From contig CP060227.1 in NCBI GenBank assembly GCA_023898525.1, forward strand, positions 893,932 through 957,931: DNA of 64,000 nucleotides. Reading direction: 5' to 3'. This DNA is from Candidatus Nomurabacteria bacterium. GTDB taxonomy: Bacteria > Patescibacteriota > Minisyncoccia > Phycocordibacterales > UBA918. The notes under the pieces are model-generated. The model did no database searches, had not been told where the DNA came from, and saw only the letters and a program-made list of their open reading frames with translations. Positions 28,923 to 36,986 of this stretch are shown one piece after another (the stretch's first letter is position 1; the number at the start of each line of letters is the position of its first letter). The position numbers and the translations under genes are program-made.

Positions 28923-29310
28923 AAGGGTAGGGAAGTTTTTAAAATACTTAAGTTGTGGTCATGCACTGCACATAAGTTATTGACTTTTATATTCAATCAG
29001 TGGTATATTATTGATACAAATTGACATTAGTCATCAATCCCTCCCTCAAAAGGGAAAGGGTTAAAAAATAAGAGCTCCCGTTGGGGAGTTTTTATTTTAG
29101 GTAATCCAATAAATCTCGTTTTATATTTGTAAACTCCCTTCCTCCTACTCTACCCATTAACTTAGTAATTCTATTGGCGTCCCATAACCTCATTTGCGTC
29201 AGCATGGCACATTGTTTGTTCCCTTTAAAAACAAAATGATGATAGTGTTTATTGTTTTTAATTTGAGTGGTTAAAGGTACTCCCCAAAATAAGCGGGTGT
29301 TAAATTCCAT

Positions 29311-29865
29311 CTTTACCCCGCATGCTTGTCATCGGGGGAAACACTGTCATACTAAACAGTAATGAAAGGTAAACCACAACATATCAAAAAACCACACAAC
29401 AAAACTCTGTTCATCTATCATCTGGTATGCCCAGTAAAATACAGAAGAGATGTATTTACACCACCAATATCAAAAACATTTAAAAACTTATGTTTGGAAT
29501 TTGGTCCAGCTTACGAGATATACTTTCTTGAAATAGGAATAGACGAAGATCATGTACACTTTTTAATACAAACAATTCCAAACATACGTTTCTCTGATAC
29601 GGTAAAGAAAATAAAAAGCATCACCTCCAATCATCTCTTTAAAATCCACCCTGAACTAAAAATAAAACTCTGGGGAGGAAAGTTCTGGACTGAAGGTTAT
29701 TATGCAAATACAGTGGGTAATGCCAGTATGGATATTATTACCAATTACGTTAAAAACCAAGGTTATCCCGAATACCAACAGCTACACTCCGCACCAGTTC
29801 AGACTTCACTGTTTACTACCTAGTCCAACGCCGATACCCCGCATGCTTGTCATCGGGGTAGTTCA
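29311..29865 (+). mobile_element. IS200/IS605-family (IS200-like, tnpA-only) insertion sequence with subterminal hairpins
   Basis: The same imperfect palindrome ccccgcatgcttgtcatcgggg occurs at both ends (29315-29338 and 29837-29858). The internal gene is a Y1 HUH transposase. Confidence 0.6.
29362..29823 (+). CDS. tnpA: IS200-like Y1 (HUH) transposase TnpA
   Basis: YHLVCPVKYRR, HVHFLIQ (HxH) and WGGKFWTEGYYANTVG signatures. Confidence 0.8.
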   Translation: MKGKPQHIKKPHNKTLFIYHLVCPVKYRRDVFTPPISKTFKNLCLEFGPAYEIYFLEIGIDEDHVHFLIQTIPNIRFSDTVKKIKSITSNHLFKIHPELKIKLWGGKFWTEGYYANTVGNASMDIITNYVKNQGYPEYQQLHSAPVQTSLFTT

Positions 29866-30060
29866 TTTTTTTACAACCAACACCGGACGATTAAATACAC
29901 CACCTTTTCCATTTTCTTCATGACCGACATTTACTCCTAAACTACACCACCATATATCACGCTCTTTGAAAGTTCTGTGGCTGGTTTTTGCATCTAATTT
30001 AGTTTTTATAATGTTCCACTTTTTGAAGTCCTTCATCCATATAGCATAAATAAAAGACAT
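29863..30060 (-). pseudogene. MazF/PemK-like mRNA-interferase toxin, C-terminally truncated by the IS200-like insertion
   Basis: ERDIWWCSLGVNVGHEENGKGGVFNRPVLVV matches the PemK/MazF N-terminal motif; the ORF stops at the IS end. Confidence 0.5.
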
Positions 30061-30499
30061 TAAAAGTCAAAGGTTTATTTCAATAGTTCGATTCCCGGTA
30101 GGGTTCAACCATTATTTTCAGTTGCTGCAACTTTTATACCCATAACCCAAAACACAACATCGCCCTTAAAATAAGGGCAATGTTGTGTTTTGGGTGACAA
30201 TTTGCACTGGTGGCAAGTTATCTAGTCGTTGTGAACCATACCGAGCCACATCTCGAACTTTTGTTGCAAAATCCAGTAATAGCTCGAAAAAGATATTTAA
30301 ACTTATACATGACAAGGAACCAGCTGGTAATGAATAGGAGAAACAAACTACTTAACACTATTTATGAATCTTTATACATACTCTCAAAAAATGTATAACC
30401 TGGATAGGATGGAGAAGATGCATCAATGGTAATTTCCATCACAACCTCATCGTCCTCTTGACTGCTATATTGTGTATGCTTTGATATACTGATGGTCGT

Positions 30500-31321
30500 A
30501 TGTCTATCTCCCTTACATCAACTGAAAAAGAAGTTATCTATCTTGTCGCAGTGATTGAATCTATTGATTCAGTGGTTAACAATGTTATTTTTGAACTTAT
30601 TGGAGATGATACTCAGTCACAAATCTTGTTTCGTGACGAAAATGCACAACGCTTGTTTAATATATATCTCGTAGACTTCCTGTCTACCACTGATAAACAT
30701 AAACATGCACCTGTTCCAAGAAAGTCTTATCTAAAAGCACTCCATGAAATTACTGAAAACCCAACTTTTTCGAATGACATGATTAAAAATCTTAAACTCT
30801 CCGTCAATTCGTTTAAAGAATGGTTGGATGCAGAGGTGTCCGTTAAAGTCTATTTTCCTTCAATTAATTATGATGGTGAGATACGATTATCTAGATCGTT
30901 ATTTATTAAAATGTGTGGAAATTTATCTAAACACAATATTCTGCGATCAGTGGGTATCGCGATAGATATTATGGATGTTTTAGAGAAGGAAGGTGTTCAG
31001 ATTACAAAGGAAGAATCAATGTTTGTATTGAATGAATTCTATGAGTGGTTTCATGACGATATCCTCAACTATCACGGAACCACAATCGTAGAATTTCTCA
31101 ACAATATTCGTTGGGATATTTACGAATACTTAAAGACTGAGCATCAAGGTAGTATTACTTGGGACTATAATTCTGACCCCAAGAGATATGCATACAACAT
31201 CCCACCAGGAATAGAAAGTGATTTTGGAAAAAAGTGGTATTGGAGTCTTATGAACAAGGTTAAACATCCACCGCACATTAGACAATTCATAGCAACGGAA
31301 TTTTCAAAAAATGGATTTTGA
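30500..31321 (+). CDS. Hypothetical protein that flanks the island on the left
   Basis: 273-aa ORF; no recognisable domain. Confidence 0.3.
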   Translation: MSISLTSTEKEVIYLVAVIESIDSVVNNVIFELIGDDTQSQILFRDENAQRLFNIYLVDFLSTTDKHKHAPVPRKSYLKALHEITENPTFSNDMIKNLKLSVNSFKEWLDAEVSVKVYFPSINYDGEIRLSRSLFIKMCGNLSKHNILRSVGIAIDIMDVLEKEGVQITKEESMFVLNEFYEWFHDDILNYHGTTIVEFLNNIRWDIYEYLKTEHQGSITWDYNSDPKRYAYNIPPGIESDFGKKWYWSLMNKVKHPPHIRQFIATEFSKNGF

Positions 31322-31510
31322 CATACTAATCAAATGTATAAAAACACTACTCCCTTTACTTTACTGACTCAATCAAGTCTGAATTAGAGTCATATGACTG
31401 GTTCGATTCCCCTTAAGGTATGAAATTTTGAATCAAAATTTGCACTTTTGGTAATCAAAATATGGCTTATTTTAATGTTGGATGGATAGAAATGTTACCA
31501 AAAATAACAT

Positions 31511-31754
31511 TCCTCTCTATGTGATGTATTAGCGCACCGCGCTCTAACTCACTACATCGCGAAGCGGTGAACCAACAACGCGCGGAGCGCGTGGTGATGC
31601 GGACGTGAAGCGTACGCATTCGGGAACCTCTGCGCGCCTCGCTGCCTCGCTCCACTCGGCCCCCAAAACCAAAGAAATTTCCTTACAATCATTTTTTCGG
31701 TGGAGGGGTCTGGGGAGGAGCCGACATAAAAAGGAAAGGATATTTCTTTGGTTT
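31511..31754. repeat. GC-rich long inverted repeat, copy A (about 244 bp), the left boundary of the R-M module
   Basis: Exact reverse complement of 36601-36845 on base-by-base comparison. Confidence 0.9.
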
Positions 31755-32100
31755 GGGATCGCCGCTTCGTCCTCCAAAAAGCTCCGTTTCAGTCTCCATT
31801 TATTTGAGAGTCTTCCACTTCGCTTTTCTCCGTACTCGCGGCGTGCGAGGCGCGCTCCCGTAGCGTACCCGCGTGGTAATTCTAGCGTTCGCTCACCACA
31901 CTCTAGCACCTCCGCACTGCTCGCTCGCTTCGCTCGCGCGAGCTGCTGCGGTGCTTCCGTGTGTGAGCTTGGTGGCTTCGGTTGGGTTCGTGGTTTTCAA
32001 AGTGGTTTGCGCTGACGCGCAAGCAAGTCTGTATGTGCTTGTCCCACCCTCCCAATACGCGCACAAACAACCCCGCCTAGCGTCGGGGTTGTTGCTCCCT

Positions 32101-33720
32101 CTAATTCTTTTTTAGGATTTTTTCCTTTCCGACCAAGTTTAGGATTTTCGGGGAAGCGTCTTTTAGAGAAATCAATGTCAATTTCTTTTTCGCCCGTGTT
32201 ATCCCGACTAAAAATTCACATATTTTATGATCAGTAAACTTCTTGGTGTCCTTATCTAAAATATGTTCATCATCTATTCCTACATAATACACAAAATCCG
32301 CAGAGAGTCCCTTGGAGCTCGTAACAGTAGTTAGCTCAACTTCTATAGCGTCTTTTTTATTTGACTCAAAACCTCTGACAATCTTTGTCAGGATATTTTT
32401 TAGATTAAAAATTTTACTAAATCGTTCTAACTCTGTCTTGCTCAGTTCTTTTTTGCCAGTTTTAACCTTTTTGAAAATATTGATATCTTCTTCTATTTTT
32501 CCTTTTATGCCATCATCTAGACAATTCCATATTTTCTTTTGTTTCTCATTACTTTCATTTATAACCTCCTTCCTTTTTGTCTCATCTAAATACAAGGGTA
32601 AAATCTTCCTAAGAGCCAAATTATCAGTCTTCCTTTTTAGAAGAATTTCGAATACTTCACATAGCTTCCTGTGTTTAATTTTATTTCGCTCCTCGTTAGA
32701 AAACAATTCAACACCAACAACGGTAAATCCTTTTTTCATCAAACCCTCATATACAGTTTGTTTTAGATATGATGGCGTTAAAATCAGTACTCTCTGTTTA
32801 TCTTTGTACTCCTCAAGATCTTCTTCAATCATTTTTGACAATCTGTACGCAAGTTGATTTCCGATTACCGAGGGTACAAAAGTTATTTGTGCATATTTCT
32901 TACTTTCTTCATCTTTGTGTCCCTCTGGATACAAGAACTCCTTTTCCAGTCTTTCGTCCAAACATCCATTTGTTTTTGCATTCCGTATCAAATCATTAGT
33001 AGTCTCTATGATAACTTTTGGACATCTATAACAATAATCCAGCGAAAATCCTTCAGTGTCACCGTCGTTGTATAAACTTCTTATTTGAGATGGCTTTGCC
33101 TGTTTAAAATGGTACAGAGACTGGTCGTCATCACCAACTAAGATCACAGTACTCTGTTTGTTGAGAAATTTTATCAGCTCATACTCCGATTTATTGAAGT
33201 CTTGGAATTCATCAACTAAAATCAGATCGTACGTTGGTATCTTTGACTCATTTTGTTGAAAAAGAAGATTTGCAGCGTAAACAACTGAATTAAATGAATA
33301 TAATTTTCCGTTTGAGCTGTAGAATTCCTTTCTCTGTTTGTAGAACTCTTTTTCGTTATCAGTCAAATCGTTATCATGAAACTTTTTCTCGTAGTTAATT
33401 TTACTGCCGTGAATAAAAGAGTAGTCTTCACTTATATACTTGTCTAAATCCTCATCTAAATCACAATCTTCTTCTTTGACGAGTATGCTTCTGGCGAAAG
33501 CATGTAATGTTGAGACATCAACGTTGGGAAAATCGTTAAACTCCTCAGATAAATCATCAATAAGTTTATTTATAAAAGATAATATAAGTATTTTCTTACC
33601 TTTATATTCCTCTGATTTAATTATAGTCCCAAATGTAAAACTTTTACCGGTTCCAGGTCCAGCTAATCCGACAAACAACTTTTTATCTGACTGTTTTATT
33701 TTTTCTAGAATATCAGTCAT
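32101..33720 (-). CDS. UvrD/Rep-like superfamily-1 helicase
   Basis: Walker A GLAGPGTGKS, Walker B/motif II LILVDEFQD, motif III VGDDDQSLY, and a C-terminal UvrD_C-like region. Confidence 0.7.
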   Translation of the reverse strand: MTDILEKIKQSDKKLFVGLAGPGTGKSFTFGTIIKSEEYKGKKILILSFINKLIDDLSEEFNDFPNVDVSTLHAFARSILVKEEDCDLDEDLDKYISEDYSFIHGSKINYEKKFHDNDLTDNEKEFYKQRKEFYSSNGKLYSFNSVVYAANLLFQQNESKIPTYDLILVDEFQDFNKSEYELIKFLNKQSTVILVGDDDQSLYHFKQAKPSQIRSLYNDGDTEGFSLDYCYRCPKVIIETTNDLIRNAKTNGCLDERLEKEFLYPEGHKDEESKKYAQITFVPSVIGNQLAYRLSKMIEEDLEEYKDKQRVLILTPSYLKQTVYEGLMKKGFTVVGVELFSNEERNKIKHRKLCEVFEILLKRKTDNLALRKILPLYLDETKRKEVINESNEKQKKIWNCLDDGIKGKIEEDINIFKKVKTGKKELSKTELERFSKIFNLKNILTKIVRGFESNKKDAIEVELTTVTSSKGLSADFVYYVGIDDEHILDKDTKKFTDHKICEFLVGITRAKKKLTLISLKDASPKILNLVGKEKILKKN

Positions 33721-33724
33721 GGAT

Positions 33725-34471
33725 TTATTTCTGAAACACGAACAAATGTTCGTGCATTATTAGCAAGAAATTGCTTTCTTTTGATTTGTTAACCCAAAAA
33801 CCAGTCGCTTTGCAGTTGTATTGTCGCTTGATGATGTCTTCCTTGAGATCAAAACCAGCGTTTAGAAAGCGATCCATAACACGATATGCAAGCGGTTGAT
33901 ACATTTTTTGTCGACGGGTGTCACCAATCAGAATCGCACAAAATTTTCCTGGTTTTAAGACGCGGTACAGTTCTTTTGCAACCTTTTCCATTTCGTCGGC
34001 AAATTCTTCAATTCCGTGGATGTTTGAAAGATCTTCGTTAATTTCTCCTTCACTGTATTTGATTATGTCAGCGTAGGGCGGGTGTGTGAGAATAAAATCA
34101 ATGCTCTCATTCTCGGCTTTGACGAGGTTGCGCGCGTCACGTTTTGCCACTTTTTGCCAAGCTTTGTTCTCAACGGGAAACTTCAAACTTTCTTTCGTTC
34201 GCTCCAAGGCAACATCGTTTACATCTGAACAAATGATATTGCGGTTGAGTATTTTTGCTTCAATCGCTGTCGTACCACCACCAATCATTGGATCAAGCAA
34301 AATATCACCCTCGTTGGAGTAACGGAGAATAAGATTGCGCGCGACTTCTGGTGACCAGTTGCCGCGCCAGTCTGACTTATGCGTTGCCCAATTCCCGCGA
34401 CGAGGAAAAGCCCACACCGTCGTGCATTCAAGATCAAATTCATCGGGGTGTAGTTTCATTTCCTTTGCCAT
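33725..34471 (-). CDS. Beta-class N6-adenine/N4-cytosine DNA methyltransferase (DpnA / M2.DpnII-like)
   Basis: Motif order is SAM-binding DPMIGGGTT and then the catalytic THPPY (DPPY-like), as in PF01555 methyltransferases. Confidence 0.75.
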   Translation of the reverse strand: MAKEMKLHPDEFDLECTTVWAFPRRGNWATHKSDWRGNWSPEVARNLILRYSNEGDILLDPMIGGGTTAIEAKILNRNIICSDVNDVALERTKESLKFPVENKAWQKVAKRDARNLVKAENESIDFILTHPPYADIIKYSEGEINEDLSNIHGIEEFADEMEKVAKELYRVLKPGKFCAILIGDTRRQKMYQPLAYRVMDRFLNAGFDLKEDIIKRQYNCKATGFWVNKSKESNFLLIMHEHLFVFQK

Positions 34472-34475
34472 TGTT

Positions 34476-35336
34476 TTACCAAGTTAGTTCATTGAGTACG
34501 TCGTCCTCAAGCATTTTGAGATTAAAAACTTGACCTTTGTTGTGTTCAAAAGTTTCTTCAAGTGGTCGCTTTGTGGTTTCCCAGCCGAGTCCGTCTGTAA
34601 CCCAAACAAAATCAATATCTTGTTTTGTTAGCTCGTCATATAAACTACGGAATTCGCCACACACCGCCTTTAGTTTTGAGCCACCTCCGTTATAGAAGTT
34701 TGTCTCAAACAATTTTAGTTTTTTGGTCTGTGGATTGTATACAGCGAAATCAAAGCTTCGTTCTGATTTATCGACATTTATTTCGTAGCTCCATTTGGCT
34801 TTGATGTCGGTTGCTCGTGCTTGGGCGATGTATTCAAAGCCACGTTTTTCTGAAAAATCTTTGACGTACGATTCCACAATTTCTTCCATGAGTGTTCCTC
34901 CACGGTTTTTTCGTCCGTTGCTATCCAACCCAACCTCGACTCCCATAACATAATCGACAAGATTTTTGATTCCATCTTTTTGGAAAAGGCGAGCAAGCCC
35001 AGATTTTTCGATAAACTCGAAATACTTTTCGGCACCATCTTCTCCGTTGGAGAAATCGAAAAACTCCGAATCTTTGGTGACCTTATCAAAAATCTCAAGT
35101 TTGTTTTCGCGTACTGCTAACAAGACAGGCAACGCTTTTACAATATCAGGATTTGATTCGTAGAGCTTTGCAAATTCTTCCGTTAGATTTTCCTTGCCGA
35201 GCAAGTAATTGAGTTTGTTTAGGGAAATCTCAAGATCAGTGGCGTTTGTGGTAACTTTGTCCCAATTTACAAAATAATCCCATGTTTTTATGGAGCTTTT
35301 GAAACCGTCCACCAGTTCTGTAAATGTTTTGTTCAT
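34476..35336 (-). CDS. DpnII/MboI-family type II restriction endonuclease (GATC-type)
   Basis: Blocks LNYLLGK, IKNLVDYVMGVEVGLDSNGRKNRGG, ETNFYNGGGSKL and FVWVTDGLGW are as I remember them from the DpnII family; the length is 286 aa. Confidence 0.65.
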   Translation of the reverse strand: MNKTFTELVDGFKSSIKTWDYFVNWDKVTTNATDLEISLNKLNYLLGKENLTEEFAKLYESNPDIVKALPVLLAVRENKLEIFDKVTKDSEFFDFSNGEDGAEKYFEFIEKSGLARLFQKDGIKNLVDYVMGVEVGLDSNGRKNRGGTLMEEIVESYVKDFSEKRGFEYIAQARATDIKAKWSYEINVDKSERSFDFAVYNPQTKKLKLFETNFYNGGGSKLKAVCGEFRSLYDELTKQDIDFVWVTDGLGWETTKRPLEETFEHNKGQVFNLKMLEDDVLNELTW

Positions 35337-35341
35337 ATCAT

Positions 35342-36298
35342 TCAGTAATTAGTTACTAATACCTCGCTAATCTTTCCGCGCTTTGCGGCGTTTGAGTTTA
35401 TTGCACGTCCTGCAGCGACTTTCGACACTTTTACGCCTTTGATTCCCGAGTAGAGTTTGTTAATGAAAGGAGTGTCAGAGTTAGAAAGCATGACGTAACA
35501 ACCGCGTTTGTGTAATTCGAAAAATGTATCTCTCAATTCCGCTTGCTCCTTGTCCAAGAATGAATCTGCAGTGTACGAAGTGAAAGACGCCGTCTTGCTC
35601 ACGGGATAGTATGGCGGATCAAAATATACAAAGTCTTCTTTCTTTGCTTTTTTAAGTACCGCTTTGTAGTCTTGGTTTTTAACGGTGACTTTTTGCAATG
35701 CTTTTGACACTTTGCGCAAGTTTTCCTCGTCGCAAATTATAGGGTTTGTATATTTACCAAACGGTACATTGAAACCGCCTTTGCTGTTGACTCGGTACAT
35801 TCCATTGAAACAAGTTCGGTTTAGGAAAATAAAACGTGACGCAACATCAATATCTGACAATGCTTTTGGATCCCTTGCGCGCACTTCAAGGTAATACTCT
35901 TTTTCGTATTTGTGTTTTTTGAGAGATTTAATCAGTGCATCAACGTCATTTTTAATGACGTTATAGGTTACTACAAGTTCGTTGTTTAGATCTGAAAGTT
36001 CTGCTTTTTTTGGGAGAAGATCGAAAAAGACAGCACCTCCACCAACAAACGGTTCAAAGTAAGTATTTGTGACAGGATCAAAATCATCTGGTGGGTATAA
36101 CCCCATATCGCGGAATTGTTGGAGGAGTTGTCTTTTCCCACCAACCCATTTCACAAACGGCTTCGGCTTCTCATTAACAATTCGAGTAGCGTCCTCAAAC
36201 AATCGTGTTTTGTCTGCATTATGGAAAACATGATGCGCGTAGATTTTGTTGATATTTAACTCATGTGCGAGTTTTGTGATTGTTTGTTGCGTAGTCAT
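35342..36298 (-). CDS. Dam-like (alpha-class, D12) N6-adenine DNA methyltransferase (DpnM-like)
   Basis: VKWVGGKRQLL, FEPFVGGGAVFF and DPPYYP motifs. Confidence 0.8.
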   Translation of the reverse strand: MTTQQTITKLAHELNINKIYAHHVFHNADKTRLFEDATRIVNEKPKPFVKWVGGKRQLLQQFRDMGLYPPDDFDPVTNTYFEPFVGGGAVFFDLLPKKAELSDLNNELVVTYNVIKNDVDALIKSLKKHKYEKEYYLEVRARDPKALSDIDVASRFIFLNRTCFNGMYRVNSKGGFNVPFGKYTNPIICDEENLRKVSKALQKVTVKNQDYKAVLKKAKKEDFVYFDPPYYPVSKTASFTSYTADSFLDKEQAELRDTFFELHKRGCYVMLSNSDTPFINKLYSGIKGVKVSKVAAGRAINSNAAKRGKISEVLVTNY

Positions 36299-36302
36299 AA
36301 CT

Positions 36303-36506
36303 TTATTTTAGCAGTTCTGTGGTGCTAACTCCGAGTACCTTAGCTAGTTTGGAAATTGTCTCAAGGGTGGGGTTTGTTTTTCCGTTTTCGATATTGCTGA
36401 CATAACTGCGACTACAACCCATACCGCGCATAACATCACCTTGAGACATCCTTTTCGCTTCGCGAATCCTTTTCAAATTATTGCCGAGTTTTGTGGAATC
36501 ATTCAT
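36303..36506 (-). CDS. XRE-family HTH regulator, probably the controller (C) protein of the R-M operon
   Basis: 67 aa; LKRIREAKRMSQGDVMRGMGCSRSYVSNIENG is a classic XRE HTH. It is the first gene of the co-oriented cluster. Confidence 0.65.
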   Translation of the reverse strand: MNDSTKLGNNLKRIREAKRMSQGDVMRGMGCSRSYVSNIENGKTNPTLETISKLAKVLGVSTTELLK

Positions 36507-36600
36507 TCACACAATTATACCCAACTCTTACATTATACACGACTATTATATTTTAGTATAATAGGGTAATGGTGGAGAAAATGATTTTTAGGGACTCATT

Positions 36601-36845
36601 GCGGCGATCCCAAACCAAAGAAATATCCTTTCCTTTTTATGTCGGCTCCTCCCCAGACCCCTCCACCGAAAAAATGATTGTAAGGAAATTTCTTTGGTTT
36701 TGGGGGCCGAGTGGAGCGAGGCAGCGAGGCGCGCAGAGGTTCCCGAATGCGTACGCTTCACGTCCGCATCACCACGCGCTCCGCGCGTTGTTGGTTCACC
36801 GCTTCGCGATGTAGTGAGTTAGAGCGCGGTGCGCTAATACATCAC
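36601..36845. repeat. GC-rich long inverted repeat, copy A' (the partner of 31511-31754)
   Basis: See copy A. Confidence 0.9.
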
Positions 36846-36954
36846 CAATCGAAACAAACTCGGGAGCAAGGCCGCCTGCGGCGGCTATGGGGGCAATATG
36901 GCGGCGGCGTGCCGCCGCGCCCTGGGCAAAAGCAGCCTTTGTTTCTGCCACGCA
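36842..36954. repeat. GC-rich inverted repeat, copy B (about 113 bp), immediately upstream of the recombinase start
   Basis: Exact reverse complement of 38424-38536. Confidence 0.9.
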
Positions 36955-36986
36955 CTGCGTAATCCCAAAGTGAAACCCAGTACATT

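Noticed and set aside
31381-31410. A tRNA or tRNA fragment at GGTTCGATTCCCC (31396) just left of repeat A
   Set aside because: The flanks cannot form T- or acceptor stems, and the 13-nt match is to the most generic T-loop consensus, so chance cannot be excluded. It is noted only as a possible additional tRNA-Glu-derived fragment.
31467-31909. ORFs inside the GC-rich repeats (MERGSEARRGSRMRTLHV... at 31467-31655 and its twin at 36711-36962; the Ala/Arg-rich ORFs at 31544-32115)
   Set aside because: They are mirror images of each other because they lie in the inverted repeats, have Arg/Ala/Gly-biased composition typical of random GC-rich DNA, and have no start context or known domain. They are treated as non-coding.
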